This document shows positions 22,087 to 35,527 of a stretch of DNA of 64,000 nucleotides, piece after piece. Position 1 is the stretch's first letter, and every line of letters begins with the position of its first letter. The notes under the pieces were generated by a model. It was not told the DNA's origin, ran no database searches, and saw only the letters and a list, made by a program, of their open reading frames with translations. The stretch is from positions 32,001 to 96,000 of the forward strand of contig CAWGVS010000012.1 of the NCBI GenBank assembly GCA_963826115.1, in the 5' to 3' direction. This stretch comes from an uncultured Candidatus Rokubacteria bacterium. GTDB lineage: Bacteria; Methylomirabilota; Methylomirabilia; Rokubacteriales; DASRDR01. A program made the position numbers and the translations under genes.

Positions 22087-22336
22087 CGCCGCGCCTCGCC
22101 GCGCGCCACCGTCGGATCCGGCGGCGCTGGCACAAGAAGTCCGCCCTCCCGTCACGCGCGTATCCGCGCGGCCCGCGCGCGACATGTTGCGCATCACCCC
22201 GCAACCCGTGGCGCCCCACAGCCGATTAAGGTATGGTGCCCGCTGGCAAGGACGGACCGTGGCCCGCACGTCGCCACGCGCCACCGTCATCGGGACTGTT
22301 GTCACCCTGGGTCGGGGTCGAGAGGCTGACGGGATC

Positions 22337-23950
22337 GTGCTGCGGCAGCTCGGCGATCTGCGGATGTATGGGCGATTCGCGTGGGGATTGCGGGCCTTTC
22401 TCCGCCAGCCCTTGAGCCTTCCGCAGGCGCAGGCCTCCATCCGGACGCGCGTCGCCGAGCGCGAGGCCAACTTCCTGCGTCTGATGGAGCGCGGGGTGTT
22501 CGGCCACCCGCGGAGCCCCTATCGCGCCCTGCTCGGACTGGCGCGCTGCGAGCTCGGGGACCTTCGACAGATGGTCGGATCCCGCGGCCTCGAGAGCACG
22601 CTCCGGGCCCTGCGGGATGCCGGCGTCTACGTGACGTTCGAGGAATTCAAGGGGCGAACCCCCATCGTTCGGGGCGGGCACGTCCTCGACGTCCGCGCCG
22701 AGGACTTCGACAACCCGCATCTCAGCCGCTATTACCAGGCGGAGAGCGGAGGCTCCACCGGCGCGGGCACGCGGGTCATGACCGACCTCGATCACCTCGC
22801 GGTGAAGGCTTCCCAGCTGATGGTGACCGACGAGGCCCACGGTCTCTTGACCGCCCCAACGGCGATCTGGTTCGGCGTCCTTCCGGACGTGGGTCTGAAC
22901 ATCGTGCTGACCCGCGCCCGATACGGCCGGGTGCCCGAGAAGTGGTTCGTGCACGTCACGCCCTCGGAGCTCCGCCCCTCCCTGGTCTACCGGGTGGCCA
23001 CCAACGCGCTCGTCGCCGCCGGACGGCTCTACGGCGTGCAGATCCCGCGGCCGGAGCCGGTCCCGCTGGAAGACGCGGGCGTCGTGGCCCGCTGGGCCGC
23101 CCAGGCAGTCAGGGACCATGGCGTGTGCATGGTACGGACCCAGGTAAGCCGAGCCCTGCGAGTGTGCCTGGCGGCGCGTGAGGAGGGCCTGGATCTCTCC
23201 GGGGTGGCCATCACGGGGGGCGGTGAGCCCCCGACGCCCGGGAAGGTGCGCGAGATCACTCGCGCCGGCGCCCGGTGGATACCCGGCTACTACACCATGG
23301 AAGCGGACGCCGTCGGCATGGGCTGCGGTCACCCGCTGGATGGGAACGACCTCCACCTGCTGAAGGACCACCTGGCGCTCATTCAGTGGCCACGGTCGGT
23401 CCCCGGGTGGGACGTCGAGGTCGACGCGTTCAACTTCACGACCCTCCTGCCCACCGCGCCCAAGATCATGCTGAACGCCGAGAGCGACGACTACGGGGTG
23501 GTCGAGAGCCGCTCATGCGGCTGTCCGCTGGAGGGCTACGGGTTCACCGACCACATCCGTCACGTCCACAGCTTCCGCAAGCTGACCGGTGAGGGTGTCA
23601 CGCTCGTGGGCACGGACATGCTCCGCATCTTGGACGAGGTCCTACCGGCCCGCTTCGGGGGCACGCCGCTCGACTACCAGGTCCTGGAGGAAGAGGATTC
23701 CGACGGGTTCACGCGCCTGAGTCTCGTCGTCAGCCCGCACATCGCGCTTCCCGATGACCGGAGCGTAGTCGAGACCGTCCTGGAGAGCCTCCGGCAGCGC
23801 GGGGACGCGGCCGACCTGGCCCGGGCGACCTGGCGTCAAGCCGGCACCTGGCGCGTCAAGCGCATGGAGCCGATCTGGACCGCGCGCGGGAAGCTGATGC
23901 CCCTCCATCTGGCCGAGCGCGCCCGGCCTGCGGTCAGCGCCGAACGATGA
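22337..23950 (+). CDS. Divergent PaaK/F390-synthetase-like adenylate-forming protein
   Basis: SGGSTG loop, GGGEP, YYTMEA, ESDDYG, SCGCP; start uncertain. Confidence 0.6.
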   Translation: MLRQLGDLRMYGRFAWGLRAFLRQPLSLPQAQASIRTRVAEREANFLRLMERGVFGHPRSPYRALLGLARCELGDLRQMVGSRGLESTLRALRDAGVYVTFEEFKGRTPIVRGGHVLDVRAEDFDNPHLSRYYQAESGGSTGAGTRVMTDLDHLAVKASQLMVTDEAHGLLTAPTAIWFGVLPDVGLNIVLTRARYGRVPEKWFVHVTPSELRPSLVYRVATNALVAAGRLYGVQIPRPEPVPLEDAGVVARWAAQAVRDHGVCMVRTQVSRALRVCLAAREEGLDLSGVAITGGGEPPTPGKVREITRAGARWIPGYYTMEADAVGMGCGHPLDGNDLHLLKDHLALIQWPRSVPGWDVEVDAFNFTTLLPTAPKIMLNAESDDYGVVESRSCGCPLEGYGFTDHIRHVHSFRKLTGEGVTLVGTDMLRILDEVLPARFGGTPLDYQVLEEEDSDGFTRLSLVVSPHIALPDDRSVVETVLESLRQRGDAADLARATWRQAGTWRVKRMEPIWTARGKLMPLHLAERARPAVSAER

Positions 23951-24987
23951 GCGCGTCACCTCGGGAGCCGTGGAGCGGACCTGGGCGCCGCTTGGCCCGC
24001 GCGCTCGTCCTGGTGGCCGTCGTGGCGGGCTGGGTCGGCCAGGCCGCGTCGGCCGCGACGACGGTGCGCGTCGTGGTCGCCCCGTACCTGTCGAACGCCC
24101 CCCTGTTCATCGCCGAAGAGGAGGGCTACTTCGCCGCCGAGGGCCTCCGGCTCGAACTGGTCTCCATGGCGCGCGGGGCCGCTGCCGTCCCGGCGCTGAT
24201 CACCGGCGACCTCGACGTGCTGGCCGGCGTGATCAACGCAGGCGTCCTGAACGCCGTGGCGCGAGGCGGTACCCTGCGGCTGGTCGCCAACAAGGGTTAT
24301 GTTGCGGCCGATGGGTGCGCGTCCACGGCCCTCCTGGCCCGGCGCGGGCTGCTCGACCCCCCGGGCGACCACCCGCCGATCGCTCTCAAGGGCCGGCGGC
24401 TGGTCATGCCCAATCGCGCCTCCTTCGAGGGCTACGTCGCCGAGCGGTTCCTGAGCGGGGGGGGCCTCACCATCGATGCCGTCGAGCGGGTGGACATTCC
24501 CGGCCCGGCCGAGCTCGACGCCTTCAGGACCGGCGCCATCGACGCCACGGTCTCCGGGGAGCCCTGGCTGACGCGCATCCTGATGAGCGGACATGCCACC
24601 GTGTGGAAGCGCGCCCAGGAGCTGATCCCCGACTTCGACTACGCGTTCGTCTTCTACGGCGCCTCCCTGCTCAAGCAGCATCCTGACGTGGGTCGACGGT
24701 TCGCGACCGCCTACCTCAGGGGCGTCCGCCAGTATGGCCAGGGGAAGACGGAGCGGAACCTGGACATTCTCGCCAAGCACACCGGGTTGGATCGAGAACT
24801 CCTCAGGCAGGTCTGCTGGCCGGCGGTTCGTCGCGACGGTCGAGTGGACGTCAAGAGCGTGCTCGAATTCCAGGCCTGGGCCGCCGAGCGGAAGTTCGTG
24901 GACCGGAGCCTCGCGTCGAGCCAGCTCGTGGACGCGAGCTTCATCGAGCACGCCACCCGAGTGCTGAGCGCTCGGGGTGTCCCGTGA
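23947..24987 (+). CDS. NitT/TauT/SsuA-type ABC substrate-binding protein
   Basis: APLFIAEEEGYFAAEGL, GAIDA..EP; signal peptide. Confidence 0.85.
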   Translation: MSASPREPWSGPGRRLARALVLVAVVAGWVGQAASAATTVRVVVAPYLSNAPLFIAEEEGYFAAEGLRLELVSMARGAAAVPALITGDLDVLAGVINAGVLNAVARGGTLRLVANKGYVAADGCASTALLARRGLLDPPGDHPPIALKGRRLVMPNRASFEGYVAERFLSGGGLTIDAVERVDIPGPAELDAFRTGAIDATVSGEPWLTRILMSGHATVWKRAQELIPDFDYAFVFYGASLLKQHPDVGRRFATAYLRGVRQYGQGKTERNLDILAKHTGLDRELLRQVCWPAVRRDGRVDVKSVLEFQAWAAERKFVDRSLASSQLVDASFIEHATRVLSARGVP

Positions 24988-25040
24988 GGGGCCCGAGGAG
25001 GCGTCGCACGCGCTCGCGGCCCGCCTGAGCGGCGCCCACC

Positions 25041-25817
25041 ATGCGCCTCACGTGCCGGGCGGTCGGCAAGGTGTACGAGACTCCCGCGGGGCGCGTGGAC
25101 GCGCTGGAGGACGTCTCCTTCACTGCGCGGGAGCGTGAGCTCGTCTGTGTGGTCGGTCCCAGCGGCTGCGGCAAGACCACGCTCCTCAAGCTCATCACGG
25201 GACTCCTGTCACCGACCTCGGGCGAGATCAGCTTCGACACGCCTTCGGATAACGGGCGCCTCCGCAGCGCCCTCGTGTTCCAGGGCGACGGGCTGTTCCC
25301 ATGGATGTCGGTGCTGGACAATGTGGCCTTCGGCCTGGAGGCGCGCGGCGTCCCCAAGGAGCCGCGGCGCGGGCGCGCCCGCTCGGTGCTCGATAGCATC
25401 GGGCTGGGAGCGTGCGCCGACTACTATCCCCACCAGCTGTCGGCGGGAATGCGCCAGCGCGCCGGTCTCGCCCGGGCCCTCTTGATCGATCCCCACGTGC
25501 TGCTGATGGACGAGCCGCTCGGCTCTCTGGATGCGCAGACGAAGCTCGTGCTGCGAGAGGAGATCCTCAGAGTCTGGGGGAGTCGACCCACGCTCCTCGT
25601 CTACGTCACGCACGACATCGACGAGGCGGTGCTCATGGGGGACCGGGTGCTGGTGATGACCGGACCGCCCGGCCGCATCCGCGAGGAGATCCACATCCCC
25701 GGGCCGCGCCCGCCGGAGGGGTCGGTGGCCGCGCGCCCTGATCTCGCCGCCATCCGGGAGCACATCTGGGAGATGCTGCGGGACGGCGTGCGGAAGCACC
25801 TGGGCTTCCCCGCATGA
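25041..25817 (+). CDS. NitT/TauT ABC ATP-binding protein
   Basis: GPSGCGKT, LFPWMSV, LSAGMRQR, MDEP, VTHD. Confidence 0.9.
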   Translation: MRLTCRAVGKVYETPAGRVDALEDVSFTARERELVCVVGPSGCGKTTLLKLITGLLSPTSGEISFDTPSDNGRLRSALVFQGDGLFPWMSVLDNVAFGLEARGVPKEPRRGRARSVLDSIGLGACADYYPHQLSAGMRQRAGLARALLIDPHVLLMDEPLGSLDAQTKLVLREEILRVWGSRPTLLVYVTHDIDEAVLMGDRVLVMTGPPGRIREEIHIPGPRPPEGSVAARPDLAAIREHIWEMLRDGVRKHLGFPA

Positions 25818-26596
25818 GATCCGGGCGCGGGGGGTCGGCGGCGGCGGATCGGTGGCTGATGCTGGGACTCGGCGCGCTGGTGCTGGTCGGCTGGGAAGGG
25901 CTGTCCCGCCACGGCCAGGCGGCCGTCTTCTTCCCGCCACCGTCGGCGATCGCGTGGACCCTCGTGCGCCTGGGGAGCGACGGCTCGCTGGGGGCCCATG
26001 TGGGGGCGACCCTCTTCCGCCTCACTCTCGGTCTCGCCCTCGGCGGCACAGCGGGGCTCGGACTCGGCCTGGTCATGGGGTGGTCCCGCCGGGCGCGGGC
26101 CCTGTTGGACCCGCTGGTCGCCGCTGGTCACCCGGTGCCTAAGATCGCCCTGCTGCCGATCGTGATGATCCTCTTCGGCATCGGGGAGGCGTCCAAGGTG
26201 GTCGTCGTCGCGGTATCCGCCTTCTTCCCGATGGTCATCAACGCGATGGCCGGGGTGCAGAAGATCGACCCGATCCGATTCGATGTCGCCGAGAACTACG
26301 GGGCGCGCTGGAGCACGGTGCTCCGGCGGGTCGTGATCCCCGGCAGCCTCCCCCTGATCATGGCCGGTGCCCGGCAAGCGCTCAACACTGCGCTGCTGGT
26401 GAGCGTCGCCATCGAGACCGTCGCCGCGCAATGGGGGATCGGCGCCATGATCTGGTTCGCCTGGCAGACCCTCCGCGTCGAGGAGCTCTACGCCTGCGTC
26501 CTGGTGACGGCCGTGCTGGGGGTGGCCGCGAACCTCCTTCTCCAGCGCACGACGGCGCGCTTGACGCCCTGGCAGGCGGACGACGACGGGCGATGA
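25814..26596 (+). CDS. NitT/TauT ABC permease
   Basis: FPPPS, PKIALLP, GIGEASK, FFP. Confidence 0.9.
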   Translation: MRSGRGGSAAADRWLMLGLGALVLVGWEGLSRHGQAAVFFPPPSAIAWTLVRLGSDGSLGAHVGATLFRLTLGLALGGTAGLGLGLVMGWSRRARALLDPLVAAGHPVPKIALLPIVMILFGIGEASKVVVVAVSAFFPMVINAMAGVQKIDPIRFDVAENYGARWSTVLRRVVIPGSLPLIMAGARQALNTALLVSVAIETVAAQWGIGAMIWFAWQTLRVEELYACVLVTAVLGVAANLLLQRTTARLTPWQADDDGR

Positions 26597-27954
26597 GTCT
26601 TGCCGGGCGACCAGTCGAGGCCGGTCGCCCGGCAAGCCGGGCCCAGCCGCCTCTCGCCTGGGACGAGCTCTGGTTCGGCAGCGTCATCCGGCCGCTCTGG
26701 GAGCTCAGCCGACATCAATGGTGGCCGAGCGATCGGCTGCGCGAGCTCCAAGACCGGCGACTCCAGGCTCTGATCCGCCACGCCTGCGCCCGAGTGCCCT
26801 ATTACCGGCAGCTGTTCGCGGCGCAGGGGCTATCGCCAGGCGACATCACGTCGGTCGACGATCTGGCCCGGGTGCCCGTCCTGACCCGGCAGACGGTTCT
26901 CGAGCGTCGAGCGGAGCTCCTGGCGGAGGGAGTCCAGACGGAGCGCTGCCGCCTGACACAGACCAACGGGACGGGCGGACAACGGCTGGTGATGTACCGC
27001 ACGCCGGCCGAAGTGACGCACGGTACCCTGACGTACCTCCGAGTGCTCCTGGCCAACGGGTTTCGTTTTTGGGACAAGCAGCTGTTCATCACGGGCGCGG
27101 CCAGTGACGTGCTGCCGGAGGCTCGACACTGGCTCGATCGGCTGCGACGCCTCCGGAAGCGCCACATCCACACGGCCGTGGAGGTCGAGGAGCAGATCCG
27201 CCTCCTGCGGGCCTTCCGCCCCGACGTGGTCACGGGCTTCAACCAGGCGCTCCGCACCCTCGCCCGGGGGCTCATCAAGGCCGACGCTGGAGGGGTCGCA
27301 CCCCGTCTCGTGTTCGGGGGCGGCGACCAGGCCGACGGTCCGACTCGCGCCGACATCAAGGCGGCCTTCGGAGTGGAGCTCATCGACAAGTACGGGACGT
27401 CGGAGGCCGACTGCCTCGGCTGGGAGTGCCCGGCGCACGCCGGGTACCACCTGAGCGCGGACTGCGTCGTCGTCGAGTTCCTCCACGACGGACGACCGGC
27501 GCGACCGGGCGAGCCAGGTCACGTGGTCGTGACCCCCCTCCACCTGCGGGCGATGCCTCTCATTCGCTACGACCTCGGCGACATCGCCACGCCCATGGCG
27601 GGGGCATGCCCCTGTGGGCGGGCGCTGCCCCTGATGCGGCTGATCGAGGGTCGAACGGACAGCTTCATCACGCTCCCGAGCGGCGCGGTCCTTCCCGGGA
27701 CCGGCACGTTCTCGCGGGCGCTCAACATCGAGGCGGTCCTGGACTGGCAGGTGGTGCAGGAGGACTACGACCGCATCGAGGTGCGAATGATGGTCCAGGG
27801 CGACGTGCCGGACACGGTGGCGCGCGTACGGCGAAGCCTCGAGGAGCTGCTGCGGCACGAGGCGACCGTGCGGATCGAGGTCGTCGATCGCCTCCGCGAG
27901 AGCCCCGGCGCCAAGATGCGGCGGGTGATCTCCCGGGTGCCCGTGAACTTCTGA
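26593..27954 (+). CDS. PaaK/CapK-family (phenylacetate-CoA ligase-like) protein
   Basis: VPYYR, TNGTGG, YGTSE, PLIRYDLGD, CPCGR, IEGR. Confidence 0.85.
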   Translation: MSLAGRPVEAGRPASRAQPPLAWDELWFGSVIRPLWELSRHQWWPSDRLRELQDRRLQALIRHACARVPYYRQLFAAQGLSPGDITSVDDLARVPVLTRQTVLERRAELLAEGVQTERCRLTQTNGTGGQRLVMYRTPAEVTHGTLTYLRVLLANGFRFWDKQLFITGAASDVLPEARHWLDRLRRLRKRHIHTAVEVEEQIRLLRAFRPDVVTGFNQALRTLARGLIKADAGGVAPRLVFGGGDQADGPTRADIKAAFGVELIDKYGTSEADCLGWECPAHAGYHLSADCVVVEFLHDGRPARPGEPGHVVVTPLHLRAMPLIRYDLGDIATPMAGACPCGRALPLMRLIEGRTDSFITLPSGAVLPGTGTFSRALNIEAVLDWQVVQEDYDRIEVRMMVQGDVPDTVARVRRSLEELLRHEATVRIEVVDRLRESPGAKMRRVISRVPVNF

Positions 27955-28020
27955 TCGCGCGCCGGGACCTCCTCGCGGGCCGGGTCCCCGGTGCCGTCGG
28001 AGGTCGCGGGCGCCCCGCTC

Positions 28021-28045
28021 GCGGCCCGGGTGTCACCCGGGCCGC
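28021..28045. terminator. GC-rich hairpin between convergent genes
   Basis: GCGGCCCGGGTG-T-CACCCGGGCCGC inverted repeat; no U-tract. Confidence 0.45.
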
Positions 28046-28059
28046 GTCGCGCACCCCCG

Positions 28060-30663
28060 TCAGACCGCGGCGGTCTCGACGACCCGCGTGAAGCTGAGCT
28101 CGTCCCCGCGCGCGTCGACCCGCACTGTGTCACCCGGCTGGATCTCGCCCTCCAGGAGCTTGAGCGCGAGCGGGTCCTGCACCCGCCGCTGAAGTGTGCG
28201 CTTGAGCGGACGCGCCCCGAAGACCGGGTCGAAGCCTTCCTTCGCGAGGAGCGCCTTCGCGCCGTCCGTCAGCTCGAGGCCGATCCGCTTGTCCGCGAGC
28301 CGCTTCCGGAGGTGCGCCGACTGGATGTCCACGACCCGCTTGATCTCGTCGAGCCCGAGCGCGTGGAAGACGATCACCTCGTCGATGCGGTTCAGGAACT
28401 CCGGCCGGAGATGCTGGCGGAGCTCCTCCAGCACGAGGGCGCGCACCTTGTCCGGGTCGGCGACCTCCCGGAAGTGGTGGCTGCCGAGGTTCGAGGTCAT
28501 GATCACGACCGTGTTGCGGAAGTCCACCGTGCGGCCGTGGCCGTCGGTCAGCCGGCCGTCGTCGAGGAGCTGGAGGAGCGCGTTCCAGACGTCGGGATGC
28601 GCCTTCTCGACCTCGTCGAAGAGCACCACGGAGTAGGGGCGCCGGCGCACCGCCTCGGTCAGCTGCCCGCCCTCCTCGAAGCCGACGTAGCCGGGCGGGG
28701 CGCCGAGAAGCCGCGCCACCGTGTGCTTCTCCATGTACTCGGACATGTCGATCCGCACCATCGCGCGCTCGTCGTCGAACAGGAACTCCGCCAGCGCCCG
28801 GGCGAGCTCGGTCTTGCCGACCCCCGTCGGGCCCAGGAAGAGGAACGAGCCGATGGGGCGGTTGGGGTCGGAGAGCCCCGAGCGCGCCCGCCGGACGGCG
28901 TTCGAGACCGCGCGGATCGCCTCGGGCTGGCCGACCACCCGCTGGCCGAGGCGCTCCTCCATCTGGACGAGCTTCTGGACCTCGCCCTCGAGGAGCCGCG
29001 TCACCGGGATGCCGGTCCACTTGCCCACGACCTCGGCGACGTCCTCCTCGTCGACCTCCTCCTTGAGGAGGCGGCTCTGCCCCTGCTGCGCGGCGAGGCG
29101 CGCGTTCTCGGCCTCGAGCCGCTGCTGGAGCTGGTGGAGGGTCCCGAAGCGGAGCTCGGCCGCCCGCGCGAGGTCGCCGCGTCGCTCGGCGTCGGCCATG
29201 GCCGTCCGCGCGGCGTCGATCTCCTCCGTGATCTTGCTGAGGCGCCCGATGGCCTCCTTCTCGCCCTGCCAGCGGGCCTTGAACGCCGCGGCGCGCTCCT
29301 TCAGGTCCGCGAGCTCGCGGTCCAGGCGCTCGAGGCGCTCCTTCGACGGCTCGTCGGTCTCCTTGGCCAGCGACACCCGCTCGATCTCGAGCTGCATGAT
29401 GCGGCGCTGGATCTCGTCGAGCTCGGCCGGCACGGAGTCGATCTCGATGCGGAGCCGCGACGCGGCCTCGTCCACGAGGTCGATGGCCTTGTCGGGCAGG
29501 AACCGGTCGGCGATGTACCGGTGGGAGAGGACCGCCGCCGCCACCAGCGCCGAGTCCTTGATCCGGACCTTGTGGTGGACCTCGTACTTGTCCTTGAGGC
29601 CGCGGAGGATCGCGATGGTGTCCTCGACGGAGGGCTCCTTCACGAAGATCGGCTGGAAACGCCGCTCGAGGGCCGCGTCCTTCTCGATGTGCTTCCGGTA
29701 CTCGTCGAGCGTCGTCGCGCCGACGCAGCGGAGCTCGCCGCGCGCGAGCGCCGGCTTCAGCATGTTCGAGGCGTCCATCGCGCCCTCGGCGCCGCCGGCG
29801 CCGACCAGCGTGTGGAGCTCGTCGATGAAGCAGACGACCTCGCCGCCCGCCTCGGTGATCTCGCGCAGCACGGCCTTCAGACGATCCTCGAACTCGCCGC
29901 GGTACTTGGTCCCGGCGATGAGGGCGCCGAGGTCGAGGGCGACCAGGCGCTTGCCCTTGAGCCCCTCAGGCACGTCCCCCGCGATGATGCGCTGGGCCAG
30001 GCCCTCGACGATCGCGGTCTTGCCGACGCCCGGCTCGCCGATGAGCACGGGGTTGTTCTTCGTCCGGCGCGAGAGCACCTGGACGACCCGGCGGATCTCG
30101 TCGTCGCGGCCGATGACGGGGTCGAGCTTGCCCTTCCGCGCCAGCTCCGTCAGGTCCCGGCTGTAGCGCTCGAGGGCCTGGTACTTCGCTTCGGGGTTCT
30201 GGTCGGTCACGCGCTGGGAGCCACGGACATCCACCAGCGCCCGGTAGAGGGCGTCCTTGGTCACGCCAGCCTGTCGGAGGATGCGGCCTGCTGCGCCGTC
30301 GGCCTCCTGGGCGATCGCGACGAGGAGGTGCTCCGCCGAGCAGTAGTCGTCCTTGAGCCGCTCCATCTCGGCCCAGGCGGCGTCGAAGACGGCCTTGAGC
30401 CGCGGGCCCATGTACTGGCCGCTCGCGCCGCTGACCTTGGGAAGCCGGCGGATCTCCGCCTGGATCTCCCGGCGGATCGCCTCCGGCCGGGCGCCGAGCT
30501 TGGAGAGGAGCGCGCCGACGACGCCCTCCTCCTGCTCGACCAGGGCGAGCAAGAGATGCTCGGGCTCGATCTGCTGGTGGCCCTCGCGATCCGCGAGACC
30601 CTGAGCGGACTGGACCGCCTCCTGGGCCTTCACGGTGAGCTTGTCGAACCGGAACGGCGCCAT
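28060..30663 (-). CDS. clpB: ATP-dependent chaperone ClpB
   Basis: Two AAA+ modules ([16 protein letters not shown]), coiled-coil middle domain, FGARPLKR. Confidence 0.97.
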   Translation of the reverse strand: MAPFRFDKLTVKAQEAVQSAQGLADREGHQQIEPEHLLLALVEQEEGVVGALLSKLGARPEAIRREIQAEIRRLPKVSGASGQYMGPRLKAVFDAAWAEMERLKDDYCSAEHLLVAIAQEADGAAGRILRQAGVTKDALYRALVDVRGSQRVTDQNPEAKYQALERYSRDLTELARKGKLDPVIGRDDEIRRVVQVLSRRTKNNPVLIGEPGVGKTAIVEGLAQRIIAGDVPEGLKGKRLVALDLGALIAGTKYRGEFEDRLKAVLREITEAGGEVVCFIDELHTLVGAGGAEGAMDASNMLKPALARGELRCVGATTLDEYRKHIEKDAALERRFQPIFVKEPSVEDTIAILRGLKDKYEVHHKVRIKDSALVAAAVLSHRYIADRFLPDKAIDLVDEAASRLRIEIDSVPAELDEIQRRIMQLEIERVSLAKETDEPSKERLERLDRELADLKERAAAFKARWQGEKEAIGRLSKITEEIDAARTAMADAERRGDLARAAELRFGTLHQLQQRLEAENARLAAQQGQSRLLKEEVDEEDVAEVVGKWTGIPVTRLLEGEVQKLVQMEERLGQRVVGQPEAIRAVSNAVRRARSGLSDPNRPIGSFLFLGPTGVGKTELARALAEFLFDDERAMVRIDMSEYMEKHTVARLLGAPPGYVGFEEGGQLTEAVRRRPYSVVLFDEVEKAHPDVWNALLQLLDDGRLTDGHGRTVDFRNTVVIMTSNLGSHHFREVADPDKVRALVLEELRQHLRPEFLNRIDEVIVFHALGLDEIKRVVDIQSAHLRKRLADKRIGLELTDGAKALLAKEGFDPVFGARPLKRTLQRRVQDPLALKLLEGEIQPGDTVRVDARGDELSFTRVVETAAV

Positions 30664-30730
30664 GCGCTCGTGACCCTCCTTGGTCCTTCGTAGACGACCC
30701 CGCGCCACTCGTCGCGCGGGATCACTGAGG

Positions 30731-30758
30731 AGTCTAGCAGCCGGTCGGACGGTGTCAA
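30731..30758 (-). promoter_or_regulatory. Putative sigma70 promoter of clpB
   Basis: TTGACA-N16-TAGACT with extended TG. Confidence 0.55.
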
Positions 30759-30818
30759 AAGACGCCGTCCGTCGGCGGACGGTCTCGCGCCGGCTCGCGG
30801 CGCGCGGGGCGGGCGGAG

Positions 30819-31871
30819 CTAGGCCGGGTCGCGGGGCAGCGCGGGACGGAGGCCGCGGAGCTCCTCGAAGAGCTCTCGCTCCCGCGCCGAGAGGCCGGTG
30901 GGCATCACGATTCGGACCCGCACCAGCTGATCCCCCTTCCCGCCCTTGAGGTGCGGGACCCCGTAGCCGGGCAGGCGGAACGTGCGCCCGCTGCTGGTCT
31001 CGGGCGGGATCTTCATCGAAACCTTGCCGCGGAGCGTGGGCACCTCCACCTCGGCGCCGAGGGCCGCTTCCCACGGGGCGATCGGGAGCTCCAGGTGGAC
31101 GTCGTCCTCGCGACGCTCGAACAGCGGGTGCGACTGGATGTGGACCCGGAGGTAGAGATCACCGCGACCCCCGCCGGCGGTGCCGGAGCCGCCCTCACCG
31201 GCCGCGCGAACGCGGGAACCGTCCCGGACGCCGGCAGGGATGCTCACCTCCACGCGGTTCGTCCGGGGAACGCGGCCAGAGCCGCCGCACGTGGGACACG
31301 GTGACTTGCCCTGCCGCCCCGAGCCCCCGCAGGTCCCGCACGGCGCGAGCTCCTGGAACTCGACGGCCCGGCGGGTCCCGGCAAACGCCTCCTCCAGCGA
31401 GATCTCGACCTCGGTCTCGAGGTCGCCGCCCCGGCGCGCCCGCGCCCCGGCCCGGAACCGGCCCTGATCCTCGAACTCGACGCCCTGGAACGGGCCCTGG
31501 CGCGCGCCGAGGTCGCCGAAGATGGTGCGGAAGAACTCGGAGAAGTCCCCGAGGTTGCCCGACGGGTCCACGTGGACGCGGTAGCCGCCCGGCCCCGGGC
31601 CCCCCGCCTGCCCCCCGTGTCCGGCGCCGGCGTCCGCGTAGCGCGCCCAGTCCGGCCCGAGGGTGTCGTAGCGCTGGCGCTTCTCGGGGTCGGACAGGAC
31701 CTCGTTCGCCTCGTTGATCTCCTTGAAGCGCTCGGCGGCGGCCTTGTTGTCCGGGTTCTGGTCGGGGTGGTACTTGCGGGCGAGCTTCCGGTAGGCGGAC
31801 TTGATCGCCTTCGCGTCCGCGGACTTCGGGACGCCGAGGATCTGGTAGTAGTCCTTGTAGGTGACCGCCAC
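30819..31871 (-). CDS. DnaJ/CbpA-family co-chaperone
   Basis: KDYY..HPD J-domain, G/F region, two CxxCxGxG repeats, C-terminal domain. Confidence 0.92.
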   Translation of the reverse strand: MAVTYKDYYQILGVPKSADAKAIKSAYRKLARKYHPDQNPDNKAAAERFKEINEANEVLSDPEKRQRYDTLGPDWARYADAGAGHGGQAGGPGPGGYRVHVDPSGNLGDFSEFFRTIFGDLGARQGPFQGVEFEDQGRFRAGARARRGGDLETEVEISLEEAFAGTRRAVEFQELAPCGTCGGSGRQGKSPCPTCGGSGRVPRTNRVEVSIPAGVRDGSRVRAAGEGGSGTAGGGRGDLYLRVHIQSHPLFERREDDVHLELPIAPWEAALGAEVEVPTLRGKVSMKIPPETSSGRTFRLPGYGVPHLKGGKGDQLVRVRIVMPTGLSARERELFEELRGLRPALPRDPA

Positions 31872-31903
31872 GCAGGAATTCTAGCAGGTGGGGCGGCGCC
31901 CGC

Positions 31904-33808
<1,905 letters not shown>

Positions 33809-33828
33809 CGGGAAATTACCGCAGAAAA

Positions 33829-33857
33829 ATGCTAGCGGAGGGGGGCACCCCTGTCAA
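33829..33857 (-). promoter_or_regulatory. sigma70 promoter of ftsH
   Basis: TTGACA-N17-TAGCAT. Confidence 0.65.
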
Positions 33858-33901
33858 ACCGGCAAGGCCGCTGGCCGAGGGGCCCCATCGCGGATCGACC
33901 G

Positions 33902-35491
33902 CTAGCGTCCCACGAGGTCCTGGAGGGCCTCGCGGTGCGACGCCGAGCGCAGCTTGTCGAGTGCGCGCGCCTGGATCTGCCGGATGCGCTCCCGGGTCAC
34001 GCCGAAGCGCCGGCCCACCTCCTCGAGCGTGTGCTCGGCCTCCTCGCCGACCCCGAACCGGAGGCGCAGGATCTGGGCCTCCTTCTCCGACAGGGTGTGC
34101 AGCACCCGCTCGACCCGCGCCGAGACGTCGCCGGCCAGCACGCTGTCGAGCGGCGCCGGACTCCAGTCGTCCTGCAGGAACTCGCCCAGGACCGAATCCT
34201 CGCCGACCGGCGTCTCGAGCGACAGGGGCTTGCTGTTCGCCTGGAGGATCATCGACACCTTGGGCGCCGGCACCCGGCTCCGCTGCGCGAGCTCCTCGAT
34301 CGACGGCTCGCGGCCGAGCTCCTGCACGAGACGGCGGCTGGCCCGGGTCAGCTCGGTGAGCGTCGTCGTGACGTGGACCGGGATGCGGATGGTCCGGGAC
34401 TGGTCGGAGATCGCCCGCGTGATCGCCTGGCGAATCCACCAGGTCGCGTACGTCGAGAACCGGAAGCCCCGTCGGTATTTGAAGCGGTCCACCGCCCGCA
34501 TCAGCCCGAGGTTCCCCTCCTGGATCATGTCGAGCAGTTCCATGCCGCTGCCGACGTAGTACCGGGCGATGGCCACCACCAGCCGGAGGTTCGCCTCGAC
34601 GAGCGCCCGCTTGGCGAGGCGCACCTGGAGATCGGCCACGTCGAGCGTGCGGACCGCCCCGATCGCGCGGCGGTGGGGCAGCCCCAGCTCGCGCTCGATC
34701 GCCCGGCGACGCCGGCGGCCCTCGCCGCTCTGGCCGCGTCCCGCGCGCGGCCTGTGCTGCCGGACGAGCGCGTCCAGCTCGACGAAGAGGCCACGGACCC
34801 GCGTCGCCCACCCGTCGACCACGACGGGCCGGAGGGGCAATTCTCCGAGGAGGTCGGCGCGCTCGCGATGATTCTGCGCGATCCACCGCTGGAGATCCCG
34901 CCGCGGCCGCGCGCTCCGGGCCCGATCGCACGCGGCCTCCAGTCTCTCGAGCTCGCGATCCAGGCCCCGGATCCGCGCGAACAGCCGCAGCACCCGCCGG
35001 AGCGCCGACCCCGAGAGCGGGATGCCATCCGGCGCCTCCAGGACGCGGCTTGCGTCCAGCTCGCCTCGGCGGAGGTCGGCCCCCAGTTCCACCAGCGCGT
35101 TACGTACCATCGGCACCGCGAGGATGGCCCGGCGCATCCGCTCCTGGCCCCGCTCGATGCGCTGCCCCAGCTGAACCTCCTGCTCGGCCTTCAGCAGGGA
35201 CACCCGTCCGATCTCGCGGAGGTACCGGCGAAACAGGTCTTCCGGGCTCGGGCCGTCCTCGCGGGGCTCGGGTCGCGGGTCGGCGACGATCTCGTCGGGC
35301 GCCTCGTCCGGCAGGCGCCGCTCGACATCGGACGCGGGCTCGTCGTATCCGCGGAGCGGCCGGCCGGACCACGGCGATGTCGTCCCGTTGCGTCCGTCGC
35401 GTCCACTGGTCGCCGGCCGGGGCAGCGACGACCAGCCCCCGGCGGAGTGGCGATTCGGAACCGGAGCCGGCGGGGATGCTCGCGTGCTCAC
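33902..35491 (-). CDS. RpoD-like sigma70-family factor lacking a recognisable region 1.1
   Basis: YLREIG (1.2), [20 protein letters not shown] (2), [14 protein letters not shown] (4). Confidence 0.92.
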   Translation of the reverse strand: MSTRASPPAPVPNRHSAGGWSSLPRPATSGRDGRNGTTSPWSGRPLRGYDEPASDVERRLPDEAPDEIVADPRPEPREDGPSPEDLFRRYLREIGRVSLLKAEQEVQLGQRIERGQERMRRAILAVPMVRNALVELGADLRRGELDASRVLEAPDGIPLSGSALRRVLRLFARIRGLDRELERLEAACDRARSARPRRDLQRWIAQNHRERADLLGELPLRPVVVDGWATRVRGLFVELDALVRQHRPRAGRGQSGEGRRRRRAIERELGLPHRRAIGAVRTLDVADLQVRLAKRALVEANLRLVVAIARYYVGSGMELLDMIQEGNLGLMRAVDRFKYRRGFRFSTYATWWIRQAITRAISDQSRTIRIPVHVTTTLTELTRASRRLVQELGREPSIEELAQRSRVPAPKVSMILQANSKPLSLETPVGEDSVLGEFLQDDWSPAPLDSVLAGDVSARVERVLHTLSEKEAQILRLRFGVGEEAEHTLEEVGRRFGVTRERIRQIQARALDKLRSASHREALQDLVGR

Positions 35492-35527
35492 GGAAGTCGG
35501 CCTCCTGGGCGCTGGTCAGCCCGTCGT

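Noticed and set aside
22128-22143. TGGCAC upstream of the PaaK-like operon as a sigma54 promoter
   Set aside because: The -12 position reads CC, not GC.
30664-30818. CIRCE/HAIR heat-shock operators upstream of clpB
   Set aside because: No match to either consensus; only a generic GC hairpin.
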